DNA of 32,000 bases from Mycolicibacterium smegmatis (lineage in GTDB: Bacteria; Actinomycetota; Actinomycetes; Mycobacteriales; Mycobacteriaceae): contig NZ_LN831039.1 of the NCBI RefSeq assembly GCF_001457595.1, positions 2,220,001 to 2,252,000 of the forward strand, read 5' to 3'. Each line of letters opens with the position of its first letter. Position 1 is the first letter of the stretch. Of this stretch, positions 19,200 through 28,817 are shown piece by piece. Below the pieces are notes generated by a model, which had not been told where the DNA came from, ran no database searches, and worked only from the letters and a program-made list of their open reading frames with translations. The translations under genes were made by a program, and so were the position numbers.

Positions 19200-20095
19200 T
19201 GCGCTTCGGCTTTCTCATGAACGAAGTCCTGACCGGACTTCGTCGCAACGTCACGATGACCGTGGCGATGGTGCTCACCACGGCCATCTCCATCGGCCTG
19301 TTCGGTGGGGGTCTGCTGGTGGTCCGGTTGGCCGACCAGTCGCGCGACATCTACCTCGACCGCGTCGAGAGCCAGGTCTTCCTCACCGACGACATCTCGG
19401 CCAATGACCCGACGTGCGATTCGGATCCGTGTAAGGCCCTGTACCGCAAGATCGACGACCGCGACGACGTGCGCTCGCTGCGGTTCCTCAACCGCGAGCA
19501 GGCCTACGACGACGCGATCAAGAAGTTCCCGCAGTACAAGGACGTCGCAGGCAAGGACGCGTTCCCCGCGTCGTTCGTCGTCAAGCTCGTCGACCCCGAG
19601 AACCACGAAGAGTTCGACCAGTCCATGATCGGCCAACCCGGTGTGCTCAACGTGCTCAACCAGAAGGACCTGATCGACCGGTTGTTCGCGGTCCTCGACG
19701 GCATCAGCAGCGCGGCGTTCGCGGTCGCGCTGGTACAGGCGATCGGAGCGGTGCTGCTGATCGCGAACATGGTGCAGGTGGCCGCGTACACGCGGCGCAC
19801 CGAGATCGGCATCATGCGTCTGGTCGGCGCGACGCGGTGGTACACGCAGTTGCCGTTCCTCGTCGAGGCGATGCTCGCCGCGCTGATCGGTGTCATCCTC
19901 GCGATCGTCGGACTGATCACGGTGCGTGCGTTGTTCCTGGAGAAGGCGCTCGACCAGTTCTATCAAGCCAACCTGATCGCCAAGGTCGACTACGCGGACA
20001 TCCTGTATTACAGCGCGCCCTGGATGTTGTTCCTCGGGCTCGCGATGTCCGGTGTCACCGCGTATGTGACGCTGCGGCTCTACGTACGTAGGTAG
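19199..20095 (+). CDS. ftsX: Cell division permease FtsX
   Basis: 298 aa, GTG start; [42 protein letters not shown]...[35 protein letters not shown]. Confidence 0.97.
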   Translation: MRFGFLMNEVLTGLRRNVTMTVAMVLTTAISIGLFGGGLLVVRLADQSRDIYLDRVESQVFLTDDISANDPTCDSDPCKALYRKIDDRDDVRSLRFLNREQAYDDAIKKFPQYKDVAGKDAFPASFVVKLVDPENHEEFDQSMIGQPGVLNVLNQKDLIDRLFAVLDGISSAAFAVALVQAIGAVLLIANMVQVAAYTRRTEIGIMRLVGATRWYTQLPFLVEAMLAALIGVILAIVGLITVRALFLEKALDQFYQANLIAKVDYADILYYSAPWMLFLGLAMSGVTAYVTLRLYVRR

Positions 20096-20105
20096 TGAGG
20101 ACGAC

Positions 20106-20591
20106 GTGACCAAGAAGAGCGCCTCGAGCAACAACAAGGTGGTCGCCACCAACCGCAAGGCGCGACACAACTACACGATCCTGGAGACCTTCGAGGCCGG
20201 GATCGTGTTGATGGGCACGGAGGTCAAGAGTCTGCGCGAAGGGCAGGCCTCGCTGGCCGACGCGTTCGCCACGGTCGACGACGGCGAGATCTGGCTGCGC
20301 AACCTCCACATCGCCGAATATCACCACGGCACCTGGACCAACCACGCGCCGCGGCGCAACCGCAAGCTGCTGCTGCACCGCAAGCAGATCGACAACCTGA
20401 TCGGCAAGATCCGCGACGGCAACCTCACGCTGGTGCCGTTGTCGATCTACTTCACCGACGGCAAGGTCAAGGTCGAGCTCGCGCTGGCCCGCGGCAAGCA
20501 GGCGCACGACAAGCGCCAGGACATCGCCCGACGAGACGCTCAACGCGAGGTGATCCGCGAGCTGGGCCGCCGGGCCAAGGGCAAGATCTGA
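20106..20591 (+). CDS. smpB: SsrA-binding protein SmpB
   Basis: 161 aa, GTG start; [54 protein letters not shown]...[19 protein letters not shown]. Confidence 0.97.
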   Translation: MTKKSASSNNKVVATNRKARHNYTILETFEAGIVLMGTEVKSLREGQASLADAFATVDDGEIWLRNLHIAEYHHGTWTNHAPRRNRKLLLHRKQIDNLIGKIRDGNLTLVPLSIYFTDGKVKVELALARGKQAHDKRQDIARRDAQREVIRELGRRAKGKI

Positions 20592-20755
20592 TCGCCGAGT
20601 GTGGATTCTCGGCGCCGATCGTGAACCCACGGCGGAATTCCGGGACCTTTCTCACCCCGTGGGCACGCTCGTAGCGAAAACTGCTCCCGCCGAACCCCTC
20701 GAACTGGCTAGATTCCACGTGATGGTTTCATCCGGAACGAAAGGGGCTGAGGGCC

Positions 20756-21859
20756 TTGGGCCGTGCGCGTGACTACGACATCATCATCGGAGATCTGCAG
20801 ACCGGACCACTCAATGCGATCACCGACGTCGACGGGGTGCGTGTGGGGCATACGACGTTGGTGTCCGGTTCGGGACCGCGAAATCCGGGCAACGGCCCGG
20901 TACGCACCGGTGTCACCGTCGTCATCCCGCGCGAGGAGCCGTGGAACCGGCCGCTGTTCGCCGCTCCGCACCGGCTCAACGGCAACGGTGAACTCACCGG
21001 GCAGCACTGGGTCGCCGAATCCGGGCAGCTCACCAGCTATATCGGCCTGACCAACACGCACAGCGTCGGCGTGGTGCGCGACGCGCTCATCGCCCATGAG
21101 AAGAGCGTCCGCGGCGACGAGTTCTTCTTCTCCCTACCGGTGGTCGGTGAAACGTGCGACGGCATTCTCAACGACCTGAACGGCTTCCACGTCCGGCCCG
21201 AGCATGTGGCGGAGGCCATCGAGAACGCGACCGACGGCCCTGTCGAAGAGGGCGCGGTGGGCGGCGGCACCGGCATGGTCGCGCACGGCTACAAGGGCGG
21301 CATCGGGACGTCGTCGCGAGTGGTCGGCGACCACACCGTCGGCGTGCTGGTGCAGGCCAATCACGGTGCACGCGAGCGCCTGATGATCGACGGTGTGCCG
21401 GTGGGTCGGCTGTTGCCGCCACCGCCGACGCCGGTGATCATGCCGGGCCAACCGCCCGAGGGCACCGGTTCGATCATCGTGCTCGTCGCCACCGACGCAC
21501 CCTTGATTCCGACCCAGTGCGCCCGATTGGCGCAGCGCGCCGCGCTCGGTATCGCCCGCACCGGCGGCGCGGGCGAGAACGGCAGCGGTGACATCGCGTT
21601 CTGCTTCGCCACCGGCAACGGTTTCGTCGGCGACTTCGCCGCCGAACCCGGACCGGACGTGGCCCAGATCAACATGCTGGCCAACCGGCTGATCGACGGC
21701 TTGTTCTACGCGACGGTCGAGGCGACCGAGGAAGCGATCATCAACGCGATGTTCGCCGCGGAGACCATGGAGGGGCCAGAGGGGCTGGTGGTGCATGCCC
21801 TGCCGCGGGACGAGACCGCTGAACTGGTCAAACGGTACCGATCCATGGTTGTCGGCTAG
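20756..21859 (+). CDS. P1/S58 family peptidase (DmpA-like)
   Basis: 367 aa, TTG start; NAITDVDGVRVGHTTLVSG...VRTGVTVVIPR...YIGLTNTHSVGVVRDAL, VGGGTGMVAHGYKGGIGTSSRVV, GENGSGDIAFCFATGN. Confidence 0.85.
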   Translation: MGRARDYDIIIGDLQTGPLNAITDVDGVRVGHTTLVSGSGPRNPGNGPVRTGVTVVIPREEPWNRPLFAAPHRLNGNGELTGQHWVAESGQLTSYIGLTNTHSVGVVRDALIAHEKSVRGDEFFFSLPVVGETCDGILNDLNGFHVRPEHVAEAIENATDGPVEEGAVGGGTGMVAHGYKGGIGTSSRVVGDHTVGVLVQANHGARERLMIDGVPVGRLLPPPPTPVIMPGQPPEGTGSIIVLVATDAPLIPTQCARLAQRAALGIARTGGAGENGSGDIAFCFATGNGFVGDFAAEPGPDVAQINMLANRLIDGLFYATVEATEEAIINAMFAAETMEGPEGLVVHALPRDETAELVKRYRSMVVG

Positions 21860-21895
21860 TTTCACCGCACTGTCGGAGAGCCGGGATTAAATGGG

Positions 21896-21925
21896 TGGAA
21901 CGCAGCGTTGTGCTCCGCGTATGAT
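21896..21925 (+). promoter_or_regulatory. Putative SigA-type promoter of ssrA
   Basis: TGGAAC - 18 nt - TATGAT; the -10 box is about 48 nt upstream of the mature tmRNA 5' end. Confidence 0.4.
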
Positions 21926-21972
21926 GGGTGGTCCTGCCACCAGGGCAGGGTGTTGTTTCCACAACTGAACAA

Positions 21973-22341
21973 GGGGCTGAACGGTTTCGACTTCGAGCAT
22001 CGAATCCAGGGAAGCGTGCCGGTGCAGGCAAGAGACCACCGTAAGCGTCGTTGCAACCAATTAAGCGCCGATTCCAATCAGCGCGACTACGCCCTCGCTG
22101 CCTAAGCGACGGCTGGTCTGTCAGACCGGGAGTGCCCTCGGCCCGGATCCTGGCATCAGCTAGAGGGACCCACCCACGGGTTCGGTCGCGGGACCTGTGG
22201 GGACATCAAACAGCGACTGGGATCGTCATCTCGGCTTGTTCGTGTGACCGGGAGATCCGAGTAGAGACATAGCGAACTGCGCACGGAGAAGCCTCGAGGA
22301 CATGCCGTAGGACCCGGGTTCAATTCCCGGCAGCTCCACCA
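21973..22341 (+). ncRNA. ssrA: Transfer-messenger RNA (tmRNA)
   Basis: 5' GGGGCTGAACGGTTTCGACTTCG and 3' GGTTCAATTCCCGGCAGCTCCACCA; GGGGCTG pairs with CAGCTCC. The internal tag reading frame encodes ADSNQRDYALAA-stop at 22067-22105. Confidence 0.98.
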
Positions 22342-22344
22342 GTA

Positions 22345-22375
22345 GAAGGGCCGCAGGATGCGGCCCTTCTTTTTT
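22345..22375 (+). terminator. Rho-independent terminator of ssrA
   Basis: GAAGGGCCGCA-GGA-TGCGGCCCTTC followed by TTTTTT. Confidence 0.95.
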
Positions 22376-22393
22376 GGTGCGGGCGGCGTGCGG

Positions 22394-23803
22394 TCAGCTC
22401 GGGTAGCAGTACGAGTCGCTCGACGCATCACCGCCCTGCAGCCGGACCTGGTGCACCCGCAGCCCGCGGAAATCTTCGCCGTGTAAGAAGAATCGGTCGT
22501 CCGGTACGAGGCCGCCCGCGGTGACGTCGGCGTCGAGCTTGATCATCCATGCGCCGACGCCGTCGGGGTAGAACGTGTCGTCCCACGCCGAGTACAGCGA
22601 GTTGGTGAGGTACACGCGTCGGCCGTCGCGGCTGATCTCCACCATTTGTGGTCCGCCCGCCAGAGCCAGATCGGGAGCGGCCGGGTGTGGTTCATGTCGG
22701 ACCATCCCGCCGAGGCGCACCGAAGCCGTCTCGCGCGGATGGAACGGATCACTCACGTCGAACTGCTTGAGTTCGCCGGTGCCCCAGCAGGATACGTAGA
22801 GCCAGCGATCGTCGACCGACAGGTCGATGTCGGAGACCAGCGGGGGAGCGGCGGCGAACGAGCGCAACAGCGGCGGTAGCTCGTCAGCGTCGGCGGGTTC
22901 GGCGGGGATGTTGATCACCTCGTCGACTGCCCACTGTTCGCCGTCCTTGTGCCACAGCCACACCGAGGCGGACAGATCCTCGGTGCTGATCACCGAGTTG
23001 ACGAATCCCCATGGGTGCGAGGGGTGGTGCGCGGGGCGCAGTTCGAGCACCATCTGGTGCTGTTCGCCGAGGTCGACGCGCTGGGTCAGTTTCCGTTCGG
23101 ACATACTCCAGAAGTCCACGTGGTGTCCGAACCTGTGGCCCAGCAGATCCGCCGGATCGAGCCCGTCCTCGATCATCGACGGCGCAGCCCATTCCGAGGT
23201 GATCACGGTGTCGAAATCGCGGTGCCACCAGACGTCGTAGGCGAAAAGCTGCGGCCCGCGGTCGATTTCCCACGGACCGATGACCTCGAACGTGTTGTGG
23301 TCGATGAGTGCGACGCCGCCGGGACCGTCAGCGCCGTTGGCGCCGCCCAGCGCGGACATGAAGATGCCGTCGGGTCCGCAGTGCACCGTGTGCGGACGCG
23401 AATAGCCGGCCTTGGCGGCCAGTTCGGTCGCATCGATCGTGTGGGTGATCATCGGATGGCGAGGGTCGGGCTTGGTGTCCAGGACGTATGTGGCCGACGA
23501 GCGCAGTCCCGGCACCAGCAGGTAGCGCCGCTCCAGCGCTCCATGGTTGCCACCGTGCCCGTCATGGCAGAGCGCGCTGGAGCATGCGCTCCAGCCGAAG
23601 TGGTGTAGCTCGCCACCAGCTATCGGCAGTTCGGTCCAGCCGACCACCTTCCCGAAATCCGGGGATCCTGGCTCGCAATCGACCGCGGCGAGCGCGTCGA
23701 GCTTTCGGCCGGTCGGGTCGAAGGCCACCACATAGGCGAGTTGTTCGGAATCGGCCGCGACTGCGTGCCCGGGGCTGCGGTAGAACGTCGGATCGGTGGG
23801 CAT
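22394..23803 (-). CDS. Selenium-binding protein 1 family (methanethiol-oxidase-like)
   Basis: Start ATG 23803 preceded by an AGGAGG RBS; MPTDPTFYRSPGHAVAADSEQLAYVVAFDPTGRKLDALAAVDCEPGSPDFGKVVGWTELPIAGGELHHFGWSACSSALCHDG...RYLLVPGLRSSATYVLDTKPDPRHPMI. Confidence 0.92.
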   Translation of the reverse strand: MPTDPTFYRSPGHAVAADSEQLAYVVAFDPTGRKLDALAAVDCEPGSPDFGKVVGWTELPIAGGELHHFGWSACSSALCHDGHGGNHGALERRYLLVPGLRSSATYVLDTKPDPRHPMITHTIDATELAAKAGYSRPHTVHCGPDGIFMSALGGANGADGPGGVALIDHNTFEVIGPWEIDRGPQLFAYDVWWHRDFDTVITSEWAAPSMIEDGLDPADLLGHRFGHHVDFWSMSERKLTQRVDLGEQHQMVLELRPAHHPSHPWGFVNSVISTEDLSASVWLWHKDGEQWAVDEVINIPAEPADADELPPLLRSFAAAPPLVSDIDLSVDDRWLYVSCWGTGELKQFDVSDPFHPRETASVRLGGMVRHEPHPAAPDLALAGGPQMVEISRDGRRVYLTNSLYSAWDDTFYPDGVGAWMIKLDADVTAGGLVPDDRFFLHGEDFRGLRVHQVRLQGGDASSDSYCYPS

Positions 23804-23934
23804 GACTCCTCCTGAAGTCAGCGCTTTATTGACACTCTTGATAATTCGCCGCGGGCCGTGTGGTGTCCATACCCGTTCGGTACCCGGTTGTTCGAGGGCT
23901 TCGCGTCTGAGCGTCATCCCGGTTAGATTCAGGC

Positions 23935-24858
23935 ATGCTTTCTCGCCGGATCGGTGCTTGGGCGCTGATGGCCGCAGGCATCGCGCTCGTCGTCCCGGCC
24001 AGGCTGCCGGTGGCGTCCGCCGCTGAGTGCCCGGATGCCGAGGTGGTCTTCGCGCGCGGCACCGACGAGCCGGCCGGCCTAGGCCGTGTGGGCACCGCCT
24101 TCGTCGACGCGCTGCGCAAGCAGGCCGCAGGCCTGGAGATCGACGCTTACGCGGTGGACTACAAGGCAGGCAAGCTGCAGTTGAGCGGCGGGGACGGCGC
24201 GAAAGACGCGATCGCTCACATCAAATCCACGGTCTCGTCCTGCTCGAACACCAAGATCGTGCTGGGCGGCTACTCGCAGGGCGCGAGCGTGGTCAACATC
24301 GCGGCCGGAAACCAACTGGGCGGCATCACCTGGGCCGATCCGCTGCCGGCGCAGTACGCGAACAACGTCGCGGCGATCGTCACGTTCGGCGACATCGCCA
24401 CCCGCACAGGGGAGGCATTGTCGACTCGCAGCAACTTGTTCGGTTCCAAGGCCATCGATCTGTGCAACCCCAGCGACCCGATCTGCCATGCGGGTCAGGG
24501 CAACGAGTGGAGCGGACACACCGATGGTTACGTCCCCGTGTACACCACCCAGGCGGCGGTGTTCGCGGCGGCCAAGCTGCGGGCCGGCTCCGGCCGTTCG
24601 GTGCCGGGATACGGCACGGTGCCGGAATACGGGCCTGGCTATGGACCTGGCTATGGATCCGGCAACGGGCAGGGGTACGGGCCCCTGTACGGGCCCGCGA
24701 CCCCGGGGTACGACCCGGAGTCGCCGACGCACGGTCCGCCCCCGGGATACGTCCCGGCGCCGCCTGGGTATGTGCCTGAGACCCCCGGCTACGAGCTGCC
24801 CGGGCCGTCGGCGGCCGAACCTTCGGCCGAGGTGGGGTTGGTCTCCGCAGTCGGCTGA
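23935..24858 (+). CDS. Cutinase family secreted esterase with a Pro/Gly/Tyr-rich C-terminal tail
   Basis: Signal peptide; [69 protein letters not shown], followed by a PGYG-rich tail. Confidence 0.94.
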   Translation: MLSRRIGAWALMAAGIALVVPARLPVASAAECPDAEVVFARGTDEPAGLGRVGTAFVDALRKQAAGLEIDAYAVDYKAGKLQLSGGDGAKDAIAHIKSTVSSCSNTKIVLGGYSQGASVVNIAAGNQLGGITWADPLPAQYANNVAAIVTFGDIATRTGEALSTRSNLFGSKAIDLCNPSDPICHAGQGNEWSGHTDGYVPVYTTQAAVFAAAKLRAGSGRSVPGYGTVPEYGPGYGPGYGSGNGQGYGPLYGPATPGYDPESPTHGPPPGYVPAPPGYVPETPGYELPGPSAAEPSAEVGLVSAVG

Positions 24859-24990
24859 CCTACCGCTCGGCTGATGTTGAGTGGGGTCAGTCACGCACCG
24901 TTCGCTTCGACGGAACGGATCACAGATCGGCGAACGGCGCGACAGTCCTGACGCCGGCCGCACGCTCCGTCAATCACGGCCGACGTGACA

Positions 24991-25734
24991 TCAGACCAGC
25001 GTCACAATCGCACTCACCGCCACCACCAGCACCACCAGACGCAACGCCCGCGCCGAGAGCCGCCGGCCCACTTTGGCTCCGACCACGCCACCCAACACCG
25101 AGCCCGCCGTGATCAGCAGCACCACCACCCAGTCGACCGGAGCCAGCAGGGCATAGAAAACCCCGGCCGTAGTGTTGGCGACCATGCCGAGCAGGTTCTT
25201 GATCGCGTTGGCTTCCCGTGGATCGTCGGAGTACGCGAACTTGAGCACCCCGAGCATGATGACACCCTGCGCCGCACCGAAGTAGCCGCCGTAGATTCCC
25301 GTGGCTCCCAGCGGAATATGCAACCGCCACAGCGATCGGTTCGACGGCTGGCCGTCGTCATCCCGGGTGAGGCTGCGCGACGGTACGTACATCAGGATGC
25401 AGCCGATCGCGATCAGATACGGCGCCACGGTCGCGAACACATCAGACGGTGCGAGCACCAGCAATGCCCCGCCCAGCACCGCCCCGATCGCCACCGCCAC
25501 ACTCAGGGTCACCAGCAGTCGTCGATGCCGCGGCAGCCACCGGCGGAACCCGATCGCCCCGGATGCCGAGCCGGCGATCAACCCGATGCAGTTGGAGGCG
25601 TTGGCTGTCACCGGCGGGACACCCGCGGCCAGCAGCGTCGGAAACGTGATCAGGGTGCCGGCACCGACGACGGCGTTCATCACTCCTGCGGCGAATCCGG
25701 CCAGCATCGCCAGCACCGCGGTCAGAGGACTCAC
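24991..25734 (-). CDS. TauE/SafE family sulfite/anion exporter (TSUP)
   Basis: 247 aa, TM-rich; GFAAGVMNAVVGAGTLITFPTLLAAGVPPVTANASNCIGLIAGSASGAIGFRR and GSVLGGVVGAKVGRRLSARALRLVVLVVAV. Confidence 0.9.
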   Translation of the reverse strand: MSPLTAVLAMLAGFAAGVMNAVVGAGTLITFPTLLAAGVPPVTANASNCIGLIAGSASGAIGFRRWLPRHRRLLVTLSVAVAIGAVLGGALLVLAPSDVFATVAPYLIAIGCILMYVPSRSLTRDDDGQPSNRSLWRLHIPLGATGIYGGYFGAAQGVIMLGVLKFAYSDDPREANAIKNLLGMVANTTAGVFYALLAPVDWVVVLLITAGSVLGGVVGAKVGRRLSARALRLVVLVVAVSAIVTLV

Positions 25735-25753
25735 CGCTGCCCCTTATCGCATG

Positions 25754-26857
25754 TCACACCTTGCTGAACTGTGCGGCGGTGAGCTGATACTGCTCGATGG
25801 CGGCCGAGCATCCGAAGCCGTGCCCCAGGTACATCGTCAGATCGGTCAGATCCATCACCACGGACACGTTGGTGCGGCCAAGCACCTGATGCGTGCCGAC
25901 GGGTCCCCCGTGCCGGCAGATGCCCTCGGGTTCTCCTTGGTGATCGCCCAGGATCGATTGGATCTCCTTGACGTTGATTCCGGTGCTCGATACCGCGTCG
26001 GAGAGCAGGTGCTCCGCACGCGCTTGGCGAAAGTAGCTGCCCGGTGAGATGTTCCGCAGAATCTGCGTTCGATCCAGCACACCGGCCTGCTTGCCGAGGA
26101 AGTGATTGGCGTGTGCCACGTAACCGTGATCGGGGAAATGCAGGGTGTAGCCGGACGGACTGTATTCCAGGTCGACGATCTCCCCTGAGCTGCTGCCGAT
26201 GACGTAGTTGCCGGACCCGCCACGTTCGGAACCGGTCACCGACCACACCGCCTCCAACGCGCTGCGACTCTGCAGCACACCCCGGGCCAGGGTATGGAAG
26301 CTTCCGCCAACCCGATTTACATTGGAGCCCAGCAGGTTCACGCACAAACCGACACCATCGGAGTTCATCCCGAACTTGGCCACCATGCCGGCCTCGGTGA
26401 CCGTGACCATCCGCAGACCGTCGACCGGCTCGAACTCGAGCATCAACGTCAACGGCAAGGTGTCGGCCAGCCAGTCCCAGTTCTCGGCCAGATACACGTG
26501 ACCGTTGGTGGTGCTGACCGGGGGCACCCCCAGCGAGGTGCACTCGCTGGCCGACATCAACCCGGATGCGCCGTAGGCTATTTCGGTCCGGAAGTTCAAC
26601 GCGATGATGTCGGCGACCGGAAGGTCGGCCCCCGCAGCGATCCCGTCGATCTCTTCGCTGAGGTCGGGGTCGGTGGCGCACAGCCAATCCCGGTACGGCT
26701 TCCCGAGCTCACGGGCCGCCGGCCAGGAGATGTTCGCAAACGATTCGAACCACCGTTGATATACCTGGATACACTCCCGGATCTCGTCGCGGGTGTGTTC
26801 ACCGTAGGCGACACCGCGCTCATGCGCGGTGCCCGCCAGTCGCAGCACCCTCATCAT
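25754..26857 (-). CDS. C45-type peptidase / acyl-CoA:6-aminopenicillanic-acid acyltransferase-like Ntn hydrolase
   Basis: MMRVLRLAGTAHERGVAYGEHTRDEIRECIQVYQRWF...SASECTSLGVPPVSTTNGHVYLAENWDWLADTLPLTLMLEFEP...GVGLCVNLL. The candidate start at 26857 overlaps the stop of the upstream FAH gene. Confidence 0.82.
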   Translation of the reverse strand: MMRVLRLAGTAHERGVAYGEHTRDEIRECIQVYQRWFESFANISWPAARELGKPYRDWLCATDPDLSEEIDGIAAGADLPVADIIALNFRTEIAYGASGLMSASECTSLGVPPVSTTNGHVYLAENWDWLADTLPLTLMLEFEPVDGLRMVTVTEAGMVAKFGMNSDGVGLCVNLLGSNVNRVGGSFHTLARGVLQSRSALEAVWSVTGSERGGSGNYVIGSSSGEIVDLEYSPSGYTLHFPDHGYVAHANHFLGKQAGVLDRTQILRNISPGSYFRQARAEHLLSDAVSSTGINVKEIQSILGDHQGEPEGICRHGGPVGTHQVLGRTNVSVVMDLTDLTMYLGHGFGCSAAIEQYQLTAAQFSKV

Positions 26858-27729
26858 GACGCCTCGGCGGTACCGTTCCACGGAACCACGGTGTTGCGTA
26901 GCACGCCGATCTTCTCGACCTCGCACTCGACGGAGTCGCCGACCCGCAGGTAGTAGTCCTCGGCATCGACGCGGAAACCCGCCACCCCGGACACGGTGCC
27001 GGTGGTCACGATGTCACCGGCGCTGTAGCCCAACGGCGAGTAACGGGCCAGGATTTCGGGGATGGTGGTCCACATCCGGCTCGAGTGCGATTCCTGGCGC
27101 GGCTCGCCGTTGACCCGCAACTCCATCTTCAGATCGTGCGGGTTCGGGATCTCGTCGGCGGTGACGATCCAGGGGCCGATCGGGCAGAACGAGTCGATTC
27201 CCTTGCAGAAGCCGAAGACACCGGATTTCATTTCATCCCTTTGGATGTCGCGTGCCGTGACGTCGTTGAAGATGACGTATCCGGCCACGTAGTTCATCGC
27301 GTCCTCGGGGGCGAACTCGCCGACATCTTGATTGATGACGACAGAGAGCTCGAGTTCGTAGTCGAGTTCCTTGGTCAGGTGATCCGGGTAGCGGATCCCG
27401 TCCTCCGGCCCGACGATCGCATCGACGTTCTGCATGAACACGATCCACGGACCCACATTGTGGCTCCACCCGACCCGCTTGGACTCGTCCTCGTGCTCTT
27501 TGAAGTTGCCGGCCGTGTGGATCAGCTTGGTCGGTTTGATCGGCGCGAGCAGTCGGCCCCCGGCGGCGGGCACACTGCCGGTCACCCGCCTCTCGATCTC
27601 GGCCGGGTTACCGCGGGTCAGCTTGATGAGCTCGCGCATATTGTCCACGCCAACCACATCAATCGTGTCCCCGCGGTGGATACCGACCACGGTTCGTCCA
27701 TCGGCGGCGGCAAAAGTCGTCAGTTTCAT
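26854..27729 (-). CDS. Fumarylacetoacetate hydrolase family protein
   Basis: 291 aa; KLIHTAGNFKEHEDES, LDYELELSVVINQDVGEFAPEDAMNYVAGYVIFNDVTARDIQ, KGIDSFCPIGPWIVTADEI, GDIVTTGTVSGVAGFR. Confidence 0.93.
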   Translation of the reverse strand: MKLTTFAAADGRTVVGIHRGDTIDVVGVDNMRELIKLTRGNPAEIERRVTGSVPAAGGRLLAPIKPTKLIHTAGNFKEHEDESKRVGWSHNVGPWIVFMQNVDAIVGPEDGIRYPDHLTKELDYELELSVVINQDVGEFAPEDAMNYVAGYVIFNDVTARDIQRDEMKSGVFGFCKGIDSFCPIGPWIVTADEIPNPHDLKMELRVNGEPRQESHSSRMWTTIPEILARYSPLGYSAGDIVTTGTVSGVAGFRVDAEDYYLRVGDSVECEVEKIGVLRNTVVPWNGTAEAS

Positions 27730-27773
27730 GGTGATAGATCTCCTCGAATGAATACGGATATGACCCGGTCCGG

Positions 27774-28739
27774 CTACTGGCCGGCGGCCTCGGTCCAGAT
27801 CACGTCGTTGATGTCGAAACCCGCCGTCAGCGCGCCGTGTTCAACCGACCAGTCGACCAGGTCCTGCATCATCGACACCGCGTCCTCGTCGAAAGCCGGA
27901 TTGAAGTCGAACAGGGCGATGGTGCGCACGGTGTCTTCGTTGTTGGCGCCGAACTCGGTGGCATAGAACTCGCCGACCTCCTCCGGATGCGCCACCACGT
28001 AATCGGCTCCCCGCTTGGTGGCCTCGACGAACGCCTTGGCCGCTTCCGGGTTCTGCTCGATCATTTCCGGTCGCACCCCGTAGGAGGTCAGATCCGACAC
28101 TCCCGGCACCTCGGTGGCGTCCGCGAGTTGATGGACCTTGTCACCCGACACCGCCTGGGACTGCCATCCGACGGGCTGATAAAGCGCGAACGCATCGATG
28201 TCGCCGATCTCCAGCGCCGGTGGCATCTGTTGCGAATCGAGGTTGATGATCTCCACCTTGCTGGTGTCCACCTTGTTGTGGGCGAGGTAGCGCTGCAGCC
28301 ACCATTCGGAGGTGGAACCGATCCGGGTGGCGATCTTCTTGCCCTCCAGGTCCTTGGCGCTGGTGATGGATCGGTTGGCCATCAGGATCAGAGCCGGCTC
28401 ACTGCGGGTGGCGATCTGGATCATCCGGTAGTTGGTGCCATCGGTGTTGCCGTAGTTCAACAGTGCCGGTTGCGCACCGGAATACACCACGTCACCGATG
28501 CCGGACTTCCACGCCTCCAGCGCCGTGGTGCCCGTCGGGAAGGCGCGAATCTCCACGTCGAGATTGGCCTCGTCGTAGTAGCCGAGCTTCTCGGCGAAGT
28601 ACGACGGCGCAGTGAACGGGGTCTGCTGCGAAAGCAGCAGCAGCTGTGTCGCGCCGTCCTCACCGCCGTCGTCTGCGCCGCACGCAGTTGCCGATGCCGC
28701 GATCAGCACCGTCACCACCACGGTTGCGAACTTCTTCAT
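27774..28739 (-). CDS. ABC transporter substrate-binding lipoprotein (SsuA/NMT1-like)
   Basis: Start ATG 28739; MKKFATVVVTVLIAASATAC lipobox, then QQTPFTAPSYFAEKLGYYDEANLDVEIRAFPTGTTALEAWKSGIGDVVYSGAQPALL. Confidence 0.9.
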   Translation of the reverse strand: MKKFATVVVTVLIAASATACGADDGGEDGATQLLLLSQQTPFTAPSYFAEKLGYYDEANLDVEIRAFPTGTTALEAWKSGIGDVVYSGAQPALLNYGNTDGTNYRMIQIATRSEPALILMANRSITSAKDLEGKKIATRIGSTSEWWLQRYLAHNKVDTSKVEIINLDSQQMPPALEIGDIDAFALYQPVGWQSQAVSGDKVHQLADATEVPGVSDLTSYGVRPEMIEQNPEAAKAFVEATKRGADYVVAHPEEVGEFYATEFGANNEDTVRTIALFDFNPAFDEDAVSMMQDLVDWSVEHGALTAGFDINDVIWTEAAGQ

Positions 28740-28817
28740 GACAACTGCCCATCCCTTCCGGACCAAACATCAGCAAAACTGTTGTGCGCGCATCCGATTA
28801 CCTTCTGAACACTCATC

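Noticed and set aside
24898-24937. CCGTTC...GAACGG / CCGTTCGC...GCGAACGG inverted repeats after the cutinase gene, considered as a terminator
   Set aside because: Short arms (6-8 bp), long loops and no T-tract; such matches are expected by chance at this GC content.
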